Positions 47,598-56,568 of a stretch of 64,000 nt of DNA are shown piece after piece. Numbering within the stretch: position 1 is the first letter of the stretch; each line of letters begins with the position of its first letter. Origin of the DNA: Minisyncoccota bacterium (GTDB lineage: Bacteria; Patescibacteriota; Minisyncoccia; UBA6257; GWB1-50-10); NCBI GenBank assembly GCA_040880505.1, contig JBBDIH010000192.1:9594-73593 (forward strand), written 5' to 3'. Position numbers and translations under genes: made by a program. The notes under the pieces were generated by a model. That model was not told the origin of the DNA. It did no database searches and worked only from the letters and a program-made list of their open reading frames with translations.

Positions 47598-48503
47598 ATG
47601 AAAAAAATATTTTTAATAATATTAATAGTGTCTATTCTAATTCCTGTTGGTAGTGTTTTTGCTGAAGAAACATTTACTGTTGATTTTCCTAGTACAGGTT
47701 TTTCTGGTGGAACAGATATAGGTAGCTTTATAAATGATATATATAACACTGCTTTAGGTGTTGGTGGAATAGCAGCTGTTGCTGTAATTGTTTATGGATC
47801 AATTTACTTAACTATTTCAGGTGCTAGTCCCGATAAACAAAAAGAGGGGAGAGATATAATAACTGCTGCTATTTGGGGTGTGGTCTTACTTTTTGGAGCT
47901 TATGTTGTGTTAAACACAATAAACCCGCAATTAGTAGAATTAAGCTCTCCTAGGGGTCCCCAGCTAACACCAACAACAACTAGTCTTGGTCCTAACTTTG
48001 AGGGTCAAGGATGCATGAGTGAGGTTTCACAATCAATAAAAGATGAGTGTTCTCCTCAGGGGGTTTACGTAGAAGGAGGAGCTATTCCTAGTTGTGAAAC
48101 TGGATATGCATATTGTATAGACCCAACTGGAGATTATTCTGATGAATTTGGTTGTTATGATGCTCCACAAGGTGAAGAAGGAACTAAAACTAAAGTTGGA
48201 GATGTTTCTTGTGATCCTAGTGGAACTCCAGTTTGTGATGGTGGTAAATTAGTTTGTGAAGACCCTCCTGGATCTCCTGAACAAATACAGGCGGTAGATT
48301 GTAGTGGTTGGGGGGGCTGTAGCGAAGAATGGCAAGACTTTGAAAATGTAACAATCCAGCCTGGAGGTGAGTATTACAGAGGAATATACTACCCTGAAGA
48401 AACAGAATACAGTGAAGCAAGGTGTGTTGTTTATGCATACGTAAAAACATTAAATGGAGATCATATTAAACAAGACATAGATGGTCTACAGGCTTGTTAT
48501 TAA
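47598..48503 (+). CDS. VirB2/TrbC-like T4SS pilin fused to a Cys-rich C-terminal domain (operon gene 10)
   Basis: Signal peptide and a helix-loop-helix core (FINDIYNTALGVGGIAAVAVIVYGSIYLTISGASPDKQKEGRDIITAAIWGVVLLFGAYVVLNTINP), as in the T4SS_pilin family. A 180-aa tail with 12 Cys follows. Confidence 0.55.
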   Translation: MKKIFLIILIVSILIPVGSVFAEETFTVDFPSTGFSGGTDIGSFINDIYNTALGVGGIAAVAVIVYGSIYLTISGASPDKQKEGRDIITAAIWGVVLLFGAYVVLNTINPQLVELSSPRGPQLTPTTTSLGPNFEGQGCMSEVSQSIKDECSPQGVYVEGGAIPSCETGYAYCIDPTGDYSDEFGCYDAPQGEEGTKTKVGDVSCDPSGTPVCDGGKLVCEDPPGSPEQIQAVDCSGWGGCSEEWQDFENVTIQPGGEYYRGIYYPEETEYSEARCVVYAYVKTLNGDHIKQDIDGLQACY

Positions 48504-48509
48504 TAAATT

Positions 48510-49643
48510 ATGAATAAAAAATACAAAATAATTTTAGCGATAAGTTTAATTATAACCTTAGTTATAGTGGCTTTATTAATATTTACTAGAGATAAACAAA
48601 CTCCAATCATTGAAGAAGAAACAGCTGGCACGCTGCCTGATTCAGGTGATCAAGGTGATAATCTTCCATCTCAAGGACTTCAACAAAACCCAATCTCTAA
48701 ATTAACCGACGATGGGTTAGAGGTTTTTGATTACTGGATAAAACCATCTACTAATGAGGTTTTTTATATTGGTATTAATGGAAATGTTTATGAGGCTAGA
48801 ACAAAACCAAATACTGAAATATCATCTCAAGGAATAACAGCCATAAATAATATAAAACCATCCATGGATGGAGAAGAAATTTTAGTTTCATTTGGAAACC
48901 CTAATAGCCCTTCTTGGGGTATGTTTAGCATGTCTGATAGGTCCTGGAGGCCTCTTCCTTCTTCTATAAAAGAGATAAGTTGGGGAGAAAATAACGAAAA
49001 GTTAATCGCCATAATAGAAGGAATTAATGATGTCATCTTAGCTAGTATCGATCTATCGGTTAATACTTTTAGTGAGGGCTCTTTTGAGTATGAAACCTTA
49101 GTAAGAAACTTTAAGATGAGGGATGTTGGTTTAAATTGGGTTGATGATTCTATATTAATATCGGAAAAACCAGCATCTTTTTATTCATCAAGAATATGGA
49201 TGATGGATCAAGAAAGCCTAAACGTTAATTTATTAACAGAACAAACTAAATCCCTAACAACAAGATGGTTAGGTGATCAAGATATTGTATTTATGTTTAG
49301 TGAAGATGGATTTTATATATTAAACAAAAACTTAGAAAATGAGGTTCCTGTGCCTTTTGAAACCATACCAACAAAATGTAATTCATCGGATGAATATGTT
49401 TATTGTTTTGTTCCACAGGGTTCAAATGTTTTTTCTGGAGAAAGTGCTTTAGACGATTATTATAAAAATAAACTAAAAACAAATGATGTTTTACTTAAAA
49501 TAAATAAAGAAAATGTTAATGTTGAAAGAGTAAATATTTCTGGAAACGTACCTAATATAGACGCTAAAAATGTTAATTATATAGACAATAAAATCTTCTT
49601 TATAAATAAAAAGGATGGTGGGCTTTATAGTGTGGTTTTATAA
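48510..49643 (+). CDS. hypothetical N-terminally anchored protein, possibly beta-propeller-like (operon gene 11)
   Basis: One TM helix and a repetitive beta-rich sequence. No family recognised. Its stop overlaps the jag stop. Confidence 0.35.
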   Translation: MNKKYKIILAISLIITLVIVALLIFTRDKQTPIIEEETAGTLPDSGDQGDNLPSQGLQQNPISKLTDDGLEVFDYWIKPSTNEVFYIGINGNVYEARTKPNTEISSQGITAINNIKPSMDGEEILVSFGNPNSPSWGMFSMSDRSWRPLPSSIKEISWGENNEKLIAIIEGINDVILASIDLSVNTFSEGSFEYETLVRNFKMRDVGLNWVDDSILISEKPASFYSSRIWMMDQESLNVNLLTEQTKSLTTRWLGDQDIVFMFSEDGFYILNKNLENEVPVPFETIPTKCNSSDEYVYCFVPQGSNVFSGESALDDYYKNKLKTNDVLLKINKENVNVERVNISGNVPNIDAKNVNYIDNKIFFINKKDGGLYSVVL

Positions 49644-50081
49644 ATTTAACTGCTTAACAATAACTCTTCTTTCTTTTCCTTTCCCAATGCTTTCTGTTTC
49701 TAGTTCTGGATGAGTTGAGATTTCTACATGAACCAACCTTCTTTCATAAGCGTTCATAGGGGGTAACTCTATGTTTTCTCCACTTACAGAGGCTCTTTTT
49801 GCTGCGGCTCTAGCAAGTTCTGTTATTAGCCTCTCTCTTTCTTTTCTATAATAATTAAGATCAATAACGTGATAAGGTTTAGATTCTTTTTTAAGAATCT
49901 GGTTGAATAAATGGTTAAAGGCACTCAAAACTTTTGGGGTGTTTTCCTCCCTTACGGCCTCGTCGTCTATATTAATAGAAATTTTATTATATTCTTGATC
50001 TATTGTTATTTTTATTTGATCCTCTTTAAAGCCCATTTTTAATATGACTTCTTTTATTTTGTTGTCTAAACTTTCTGTCAT
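49638..50081 (-). CDS. jag: Jag/KhpB-like KH + R3H RNA-binding protein
   Basis: R3H motif ELPPMNAYERRLVHVEIS. It holds the conserved position downstream of yidC. Confidence 0.8.
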   Translation of the reverse strand: MTESLDNKIKEVILKMGFKEDQIKITIDQEYNKISINIDDEAVREENTPKVLSAFNHLFNQILKKESKPYHVIDLNYYRKERERLITELARAAAKRASVSGENIELPPMNAYERRLVHVEISTHPELETESIGKGKERRVIVKQLNL

Positions 50082-50083
50082 GT

Positions 50084-50746
50084 TTATTTCTTTAATCTTT
50101 TATTTATTATAATCTGTTGAACTCCTGAAAACAAAGCATTAAAAACCCAGTAAAGAGCTAAGGCTGATGGAAGATTAACTAAAATGACTATAGAAATGAT
50201 TGGAGCAAAATATACCATATTTTTTCCTATTTTAGCTTGCATGCTATTATTTTTATTATTTGATTTTGTAAGAGACAACGACAACCTTCCTTGCACATAC
50301 TGAAAAATAGCAGCAATAGCAGCAAATAAAATGCTTGGCTCAGCTAAGTTAATCCCTAAAAAAATGTGGCTGCTAAAAGCATTTATTGCTTCTATGTCTT
50401 GAAAAATTCTAAAAAGACCGAAAAATATTGGTAATTGAATTAATAAAACTAGAAAACTAGAAAAAGGGTTTAGTTTATTTTCTTTATAAAGAGCCATTAA
50501 TGCTTTTGCTTGTTCTTCTTTATTGTCTTTATGCTTCTTTTTTATCTCTTCCATGTCTGGTTGAAGTTTTTGCATTAACGTTTGGTTTTTTGCTCCTTTA
50601 TAGAAAAATGGTAATAAAATTACTCTTATGATGATGGTCAATATTATTATAGATAGTCCTAAGTCTTCGAGACCAAAATTCTCATATATAAAAACTAGCC
50701 CTTCTGATAAAGGAGAGTAGATTAGGTTATTAAAAAGTGTTTTCAT
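50084..50746 (-). CDS. yidC: membrane protein insertase YidC (short Oxa1-type)
   Basis: GLSIIILTIIIRVILLPF...QKLQPDMEEIKKKHKDNKEEQ...LYKENKLNPFSS is the YidC/Oxa1 core. Confidence 0.85.
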   Translation of the reverse strand: MKTLFNNLIYSPLSEGLVFIYENFGLEDLGLSIIILTIIIRVILLPFFYKGAKNQTLMQKLQPDMEEIKKKHKDNKEEQAKALMALYKENKLNPFSSFLVLLIQLPIFFGLFRIFQDIEAINAFSSHIFLGINLAEPSILFAAIAAIFQYVQGRLSLSLTKSNNKNNSMQAKIGKNMVYFAPIISIVILVNLPSALALYWVFNALFSGVQQIIINKRLKK

Positions 50747-50988
50747 ATTATTTTTTTAGTAATTTCTTCTTTTAATTCTCTAAAATTTAGCTTTTCTGCT
50801 CCTGGCTTTGTTATTATTCTTAAGTCACCATTAATTTTGTTTTTAAGGGTTTTAATTATATCCTTTATTCTTCTTTTTAAAAGGTTTCTTTCTGTGGCTT
50901 TTTTAGAAACCTTCCTGCTAATAATAATTATTAGCGGCTTTGCTTGTGAGTTTTTCTTGTATTTTTTAACAACAAATAAAGACCCCAT
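50743..50988 (-). CDS. rnpA: ribonuclease P protein component (short)
   Basis: ISRKVSKKATERNLLKRRIKD matches the RNR motif region. It sits between rpmH and yidC. Confidence 0.7.
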   Translation of the reverse strand: MGSLFVVKKYKKNSQAKPLIIIISRKVSKKATERNLLKRRIKDIIKTLKNKINGDLRIITKPGAEKLNFRELKEEITKKII

Positions 50989-51016
50989 GGGTTTTTAGGG
51001 TTTATTAATAAAGAAA

Positions 51017-51154
51017 CTAGGGGGTTAGTTTCTTTCTTTTTTTGTTTTTTCTGTTTTTTAAAACAGACCTACCTCCAGAGGTTTTTTTTCTAACTAAAAA
51101 TCCGTGAGTTTTTTTTCTTTTTCTTTTTTTGGGTTGATAAGTTCTTTTTGGCAT
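51017..51154 (-). CDS. rpmH: 50S ribosomal protein L34
   Basis: Not in the ORF track (45 aa). My translation is [45 protein letters not shown], which is canonical L34. Confidence 0.9.
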   Translation of the reverse strand: MPKRTYQPKKRKRKKTHGFLVRKKTSGGRSVLKNRKNKKRKKLTP

Positions 51155-51287
51155 AAATATTGGTTGTCTTAATTTATGAGTTGAGTATAACTAAACAATA
51201 AAAATTTGGCAAGAAAAAAGTTTTACACAGGTTGTTAACACTTAAATAACAAAGGGGCTTAGCTTCTATATTGTAAGTCGTGTTATT
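51155..51287. other. rpmH-dnaA intergenic region with DnaA-box-like 9-mers (possible oriC part)
   Basis: TTTTACACA (51221-51229), TTGTTAACA (51232-51240) and TAAATAACA (51243-51251). Each is 1-3 mismatches from TTATCCACA. The region is AT-rich. Confidence 0.4.
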
Positions 51288-52652
51288 ATGTATAACATGG
51301 ATTTCGAAAAGACATGGCAAACTGTTTTAAGTGAAATAGAACTTCAAATTTCTAGGCCTAATTTTTTAACTTGGTTAAAACAAAGTCAATTAATAGAAAA
51401 GAAGACAAAAGATGGACTTGCGATTGTTAGCCTCCCAAATAACTTCGCAAAAGAGTGGGTTAAAAATAGATACCACAAAATAATATTAGGGTCGCTAAGA
51501 AGCATAGATGGTGATATTAAAAATATTGATTATGTTGTTGTAGCTTCTGACAACAAACAAAAAAAAGCGAGTAAAAAAAGAAAAGGTGATGGCTCTGAGG
51601 CTCAGCCATCTTTAGTTGAAACTAAAGTAGACCCCAAAACAAACCTAAACCCCAGATACAAGATGGAGACCTATGTTGTAGGATCATCTAACGAGCTTGC
51701 TCATGCTGCTGCTAGCGCCGTAATAAATGACACTGGTAAAAAATATAATCCTCTTTTTATATATGGAAAAGTTGGTTTAGGTAAGACTCATTTAATACAG
51801 GCAACTGGTAATTCTATTGTTGAAAATAAAAATTTAAACGTCTTATATGTAACTTCGGAAAAATTTATTAATGATGTTGTTTGGGCAATAAGAAATAAAA
51901 GAATGGAAGACACAAAAAAGAAATATAGAAATATAGATGTTTTAATAATTGATGATATTCAATTTATAGGGGGCAAGGCCGCCACAGAAGAAGAATTCTT
52001 TCATACTTTTAATGCATTATATGAACAAAATAAACAGATAATACTTTCTTCTGATAGACCTCCAGCAGCCATACCAACGCTTGAGGAAAGGCTAAGGTCT
52101 AGATTTGAGGGTGGAATGGTTGCCGATATAAGTTACCCAGATTATGAAACTCGTTTAGCTGTTTTAAAAAACAAGGTTAGTGAAAAACAAATTGATATTG
52201 ATGATAAAACACTAGAAACAATAGCGGCTAAAATACAGAGAAACATAAGAGAGTTGGAGGGAGTATTAAATAAGGTTGTTTTTTATCAAGAATTTAAAAA
52301 CGAAAAGATAGATTCTAAAAAGCTTGATAAAATAATAGGGGAAACCTCGAAGACATCCTCTAAGAATATAACCTCGAGCGAGATTATTAGTGTTGTTGCT
52401 GATTTTTTTGAAACAACTCCTGAAGAAATATCAAGCAGAACCAGAAAAAGAAAGGTTGTTGAGCCAAGACAAATATGTATGTATTTACTTAGGGAATTAT
52501 TAGATCTTTCTTATCCAAATATAGGAGAAAAAATAGGAGACAGGGATCACACAACAGCAATTCATTCTTGTGAAAAAGTATCAAAAGATATTAACAATGA
52601 TTCTGCATTAAACCAGAAGATCATGTTAATAAAAGAAAGAATTTATAAGTAG
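51288..52652 (+). CDS. dnaA: chromosomal replication initiator DnaA
   Basis: Walker A FIYGKVGLGKTHL, LIIDDIQFIGGK, and the domain IV segment PRQICMYLLRELLDLSYPNIGEKIGDRDHTTAIHSCEKV. Confidence 0.95.
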   Translation: MYNMDFEKTWQTVLSEIELQISRPNFLTWLKQSQLIEKKTKDGLAIVSLPNNFAKEWVKNRYHKIILGSLRSIDGDIKNIDYVVVASDNKQKKASKKRKGDGSEAQPSLVETKVDPKTNLNPRYKMETYVVGSSNELAHAAASAVINDTGKKYNPLFIYGKVGLGKTHLIQATGNSIVENKNLNVLYVTSEKFINDVVWAIRNKRMEDTKKKYRNIDVLIIDDIQFIGGKAATEEEFFHTFNALYEQNKQIILSSDRPPAAIPTLEERLRSRFEGGMVADISYPDYETRLAVLKNKVSEKQIDIDDKTLETIAAKIQRNIRELEGVLNKVVFYQEFKNEKIDSKKLDKIIGETSKTSSKNITSSEIISVVADFFETTPEEISSRTRKRKVVEPRQICMYLLRELLDLSYPNIGEKIGDRDHTTAIHSCEKVSKDINNDSALNQKIMLIKERIYK

Positions 52653-52794
52653 GGATTAAAAGTTATTAACAATCACCGCTATTTATTAACAAGAAAACAA
52701 AAGGTTATACATTATTAATTAACAACAAAAAGGTTTCTAATAAGACAAAAACTAAGGTTATCAACAGATTTTAACTAACACTACTACAACTACT
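52653..52794. other. dnaA-dnaN intergenic region with five same-orientation DnaA-box variants (candidate oriC)
   Basis: TTATTAACA at 52663 and 52683, TTATACATT at 52705, TAATTAACA at 52716 and TTATCAACA at 52758. All are on the + strand in AT-rich sequence. Confidence 0.5.
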
Positions 52795-53913
52795 ATGAAA
52801 TTAATATTATTAAAAACAAACTTAATAGAAGGATTAAATTCTGTGGAAAAGGCTGTTTCAAGTAATCAAAATTTACCAATATTAAACAATATAAAAATCA
52901 ACGTTATTAAAAACGAGGGTTTTATAGATTTAATTTCTACTGACTTAGAAATGGCAATTACAAAAAAGATTTCAGGTAAAATAATATCTGATGGGGTAGC
53001 TATTGTTCCTTTTAATCTTTTAAATAAAATAATTAAAAATTTAAATTCTGAAAAAATTAATATAGAAAAAAAAGAAAATAAATTATTAATAAACTCAGAC
53101 AACTATGAAGCTATTATAAATTGTGAAAATGAAGATGATTATCCAATAATACCCGACATACAAGACAAGAAAGAGGTTTTAAAGATAAAAAAAGACCTAT
53201 TTAAGGATGTTTTAAGTAAAACATTAGTAGCAACCAGTCATTCTGATATAAGGCCCGAAATAAATGGTATTTTTATTTATTATGATGGTAAAAACATGAT
53301 GTTTGCAGGAACGGATAGTTTTAGATTAATAGAAAAAACAATAGATTATAAAAACATAGAATCTTCTTTTAAAGAGGTTAATTTTACAATACCAACCAAA
53401 ACAGCAGAAACACTAATAAAAACATTAGAAGAAGATGATTTTATTAATATTTATGTAGATTCTAATCAAATTTTATTTGAGACAAAAAATTTAAAAATAA
53501 TATCTAGAATAGTAGATGGAAAATTTCCTGACTATAAGAATGTTATTCCAAAAGAAAGCAAAACAGATCTAACCCTAGATAAAAATGAAATATTAAATGC
53601 TATCAAAATAACCAGCTCTTTCTCGGGTAAAGCAAATGATGTTGTTTTAAATATAATAGACAAAGGAAGAGTTTTGGAGGTTTTAGCTTCTGATAACTCA
53701 TTAGGAGAAAATAAATACAGAGTGCCCATAAACAAAATAGAGGGAGAAAAAGAAGATCAAACAATTATATTTAATTGGAGGTATATAGAAGAAGGTATAA
53801 AAATTTTTGATGGTGATAAAATAAGATTTAATATAGATGAATCAGGCAAAACAGTTATAAAGGCAGACAGCAATAAAAATTTGCTTTATGTAGTTATGCC
53901 TATAAGAGGTTAA
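52795..53913 (+). CDS. dnaN: DNA polymerase III beta sliding clamp
   Basis: 372 aa immediately after dnaA. N-terminal pattern MKLILLKTNLIEGLNSVEKAVSSNQNLPILNNIKI and C-terminal LLYVVMPIR. Confidence 0.9.
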   Translation: MKLILLKTNLIEGLNSVEKAVSSNQNLPILNNIKINVIKNEGFIDLISTDLEMAITKKISGKIISDGVAIVPFNLLNKIIKNLNSEKINIEKKENKLLINSDNYEAIINCENEDDYPIIPDIQDKKEVLKIKKDLFKDVLSKTLVATSHSDIRPEINGIFIYYDGKNMMFAGTDSFRLIEKTIDYKNIESSFKEVNFTIPTKTAETLIKTLEEDDFINIYVDSNQILFETKNLKIISRIVDGKFPDYKNVIPKESKTDLTLDKNEILNAIKITSSFSGKANDVVLNIIDKGRVLEVLASDNSLGENKYRVPINKIEGEKEDQTIIFNWRYIEEGIKIFDGDKIRFNIDESGKTVIKADSNKNLLYVVMPIRG

Positions 53914-56417
53914 TTAAAAACTATAATAGACTCCCTTCTTTTGTTGTTGTTTTCATCTATAATTTCTATTTCTATTACATTTTGTGAAGATAAGTCGTTA
54001 CTTACATAGTAAAAATAATCGTGATTATTTTTAGATAATTTTTTAGAGCTTATAAGCAAGCCATTAAAATATAAATTTATTTTCTCTAAAATTTCTTCAG
54101 ATTCTATTTCAGCGGTAACAAATAAAGGGCCCTCGATAAAATCACCATTTTGAGGTTTTAAGTTATTTATTTTAATTATTGATTCCTCATTACTTTCTAT
54201 TGAATTTAATATAATGTTTTCCGGAACTGGTTTATTGTATTCAGAGAAATTTTCTATATTTTTTTCTGCCCAAACCCTAATGGCCTCTTCCCAATTAAAG
54301 AATTGAGAATCATTTGAACTTTCTCTTGGTGGATTTCCTAAAACATTTTCTTTATTTATCCAATAAAGAGAAGAGTGTAATTGTGGTAGTATTTCTTCAT
54401 CTATCTCAGCACTAAAAACAGCACTCCCATTTAACATGGGTTTGTTTGGGGGGGTTGTGGTTTCTGGTTTATTAAAAACATTAGAATTAAATTCTTTTGT
54501 CTCAAAAACCTCGTTTAAAAAATTGCTCCACATAGGTATCGCTGCTAATAAACTAGATCCTCGTGAGTGCATTTGCTGGTTATTATTATTACCAGCCCAA
54601 ACACCAACAACAAAAGAAGGGGTATAGCCAACTGCCCAAGCGTCTTTGTAATTATTAGTTGTACCAGTTTTAAGAGCAACCTCTTTTTCAGGGAAAATAG
54701 TTAAAGGAAGACTAGAGACAAGCAACCCAGACCTTAATTCTAAATCAGACAAGATTTTATTTATTTGTCTTACCGGCTGAGCCTCAAAAACTCTTTTTGA
54801 TGAGTCTGAATAATTTTCTGTGGTTTGATTTTTATCATTTTTTATTTCTAAAATTATTGATTGGTCATGGTAAACTCCGTCATCAGCTAGAGTTGAATAC
54901 GCATTAACAAGCTCTATTAATTTTACTTCTCCGCCACCCAAGACTAAAGATAAACCATATTTCCATCTTTCGTTTAGAGTATTAATGCCAAAATCTTTTA
55001 AGGTTTTTAAAACATTATCAAAACCAGCTAAATAAAGCATTTTAACAGAAGGAATATTTATTGATTGAGAAAGAGCCGACTCTAAAGACACTGGACCCCT
55101 AAAAGTATTGTCAAAATTTTCCGGATTAAAACAATCACTATTTATTAAAGATTGAGGAGTAACAACAGCGGGACAATCTGGGTCTCCCACCGTAAACTCA
55201 GTTAATACATCCATTAATACGCTTTTTGGGTGAAAGCCATTATTAAAAGCAGTTAAGTATGCGAATGGTTTTAATGTTGATCCAGGCTGTCTTAAGCCCT
55301 GTACTGGCACATTGAATTTTCCTTGTATTTCTTCGTTATAGTAGTCTCTAGATCCAACCATGGCTAAAATTTGACCAGTATTTGGGTCTTGAGCAACCAG
55401 CGCAGCGTTATTTCCTCCGTATAGTTCCTCGTTTCTTTTAGCTCCCTGTTCTACAACACGCTCTGCTATTTTTTGTATTTCCCAATCAAGTGTGGTTATC
55501 ACTTTTAGGCCGCCATTTAATGCTACTTGTTCACCATACTTACTTATTAAGTAACTCTTTACATATAAAGAGAAGTGAGGAGCCTTTATTTCTCCTATGT
55601 TTTGTGGGGAAAAATTTTTTTCTACATCTTCATTTTTTGCCTCTTCAGACTGTTCTTCTGATATAAAATTAAATTTAACCATTCTATCTAAAACATAATC
55701 CCTTCTATTTATTAATCCTTCTATATTATTTCCCCAAGGAGAATAATAACTTGGTGCCTGAGGAAGGCTGGCTAGAGTTGCCATTTCTGATAATGAAAGG
55801 TCTTGAATTGATTTATTAAAAAAAGTTTGGCTAGCCGCCTCTATTCCATAAGCATTTGATCCATAAGGAATTTGATTTAAATAAGCCTCAAATATTTCAT
55901 CTTTTGAGTATTTTGATTCTAGGTCCATTGCTAATATTAACTCTTTTACTTTTCTTGTTATTGTTCTTTCAGGGGTTAAAAAAGCATTTTTAACTAATTG
56001 TTGAGTAATTGTTGATCCGCCCTGAACTATTTCACCTTCTTTTAAGTTTGTTATGGCGGCCCTTAAAATTCCTCTCCAATCAAAAGCGGGCTGGTTATAA
56101 AAATCTATATTTTCAGCAGCCAATGTAGCGTCTTTTATTTCTTGTGGAATAGAATTAAAATCTACAATTGTTCTTTTTTCTTCTCCAAATATTTCATAAA
56201 GAAGGACCTCTGCGGTTCTGTCATATATTTTAGTTGATTGGCTAACTTTTCTATCATTAAAATCTTCAAGAGGTGGCAATTGATTTATGACTACTGTTGC
56301 ATAAACTGCCACACCAGCCAAAACAAAAAGAAACAAAAACAACGCACCTATAATAATCAAAATTAAGTTTTTTTTTCTTTTTTCTTTTTGTTTTTTTGTT
56401 TTTCTTCTTTTTGTCAT
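53910..56417 (-). CDS. class A penicillin-binding protein (glycosyltransferase + transpeptidase) with C-terminal extension
   Basis: GT51 motifs (AAENIDFYNQPAFDWRGILRA, GGSTITQQLVKN, RKVKE) and transpeptidase motifs STLKP and KTGTT. About 200 aa of extra C-terminus. Confidence 0.9.
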   Translation of the reverse strand: MTKRRKTKKQKEKRKKNLILIIIGALFLFLFVLAGVAVYATVVINQLPPLEDFNDRKVSQSTKIYDRTAEVLLYEIFGEEKRTIVDFNSIPQEIKDATLAAENIDFYNQPAFDWRGILRAAITNLKEGEIVQGGSTITQQLVKNAFLTPERTITRKVKELILAMDLESKYSKDEIFEAYLNQIPYGSNAYGIEAASQTFFNKSIQDLSLSEMATLASLPQAPSYYSPWGNNIEGLINRRDYVLDRMVKFNFISEEQSEEAKNEDVEKNFSPQNIGEIKAPHFSLYVKSYLISKYGEQVALNGGLKVITTLDWEIQKIAERVVEQGAKRNEELYGGNNAALVAQDPNTGQILAMVGSRDYYNEEIQGKFNVPVQGLRQPGSTLKPFAYLTAFNNGFHPKSVLMDVLTEFTVGDPDCPAVVTPQSLINSDCFNPENFDNTFRGPVSLESALSQSINIPSVKMLYLAGFDNVLKTLKDFGINTLNERWKYGLSLVLGGGEVKLIELVNAYSTLADDGVYHDQSIILEIKNDKNQTTENYSDSSKRVFEAQPVRQINKILSDLELRSGLLVSSLPLTIFPEKEVALKTGTTNNYKDAWAVGYTPSFVVGVWAGNNNNQQMHSRGSSLLAAIPMWSNFLNEVFETKEFNSNVFNKPETTTPPNKPMLNGSAVFSAEIDEEILPQLHSSLYWINKENVLGNPPRESSNDSQFFNWEEAIRVWAEKNIENFSEYNKPVPENIILNSIESNEESIIKINNLKPQNGDFIEGPLFVTAEIESEEILEKINLYFNGLLISSKKLSKNNHDYFYYVSNDLSSQNVIEIEIIDENNNKRRESIIVFN

Positions 56418-56512
56418 AATTGTCTAAATTTTATGAATCATAATTATGAAGGCCTCCACTTTAAAATAATAGTGTTTTTAAGGGAGGGGGTAAAGTTTAT
56501 TAAGTAAACCCA

Positions 56513-56550
56513 TTAATTAAAACCAGCCTATACGGGCTGGTTTTAATTAA
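56513..56550. terminator. bidirectional-type terminator hairpin
   Basis: 16-bp stem TTAATTAAAACCAGCC pairing with GGCTGGTTTTAATTAA. The GC core is followed by a U run on either strand. It lies downstream of the acidic ORF. Confidence 0.6.
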
Positions 56551-56568
56551 TTTATCTTGTGAATAAAA

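Noticed and set aside
36673-49643. T4SS-like cluster as an integrative conjugative element inserted at tRNA-Arg
   Set aside because: The tRNA 3' end points away from the cluster, and two core genes (rsmA and the CPBP protease) lie between them. I saw no integrase, relaxase, coupling protein, repeat of the tRNA 3' end or compositional break.
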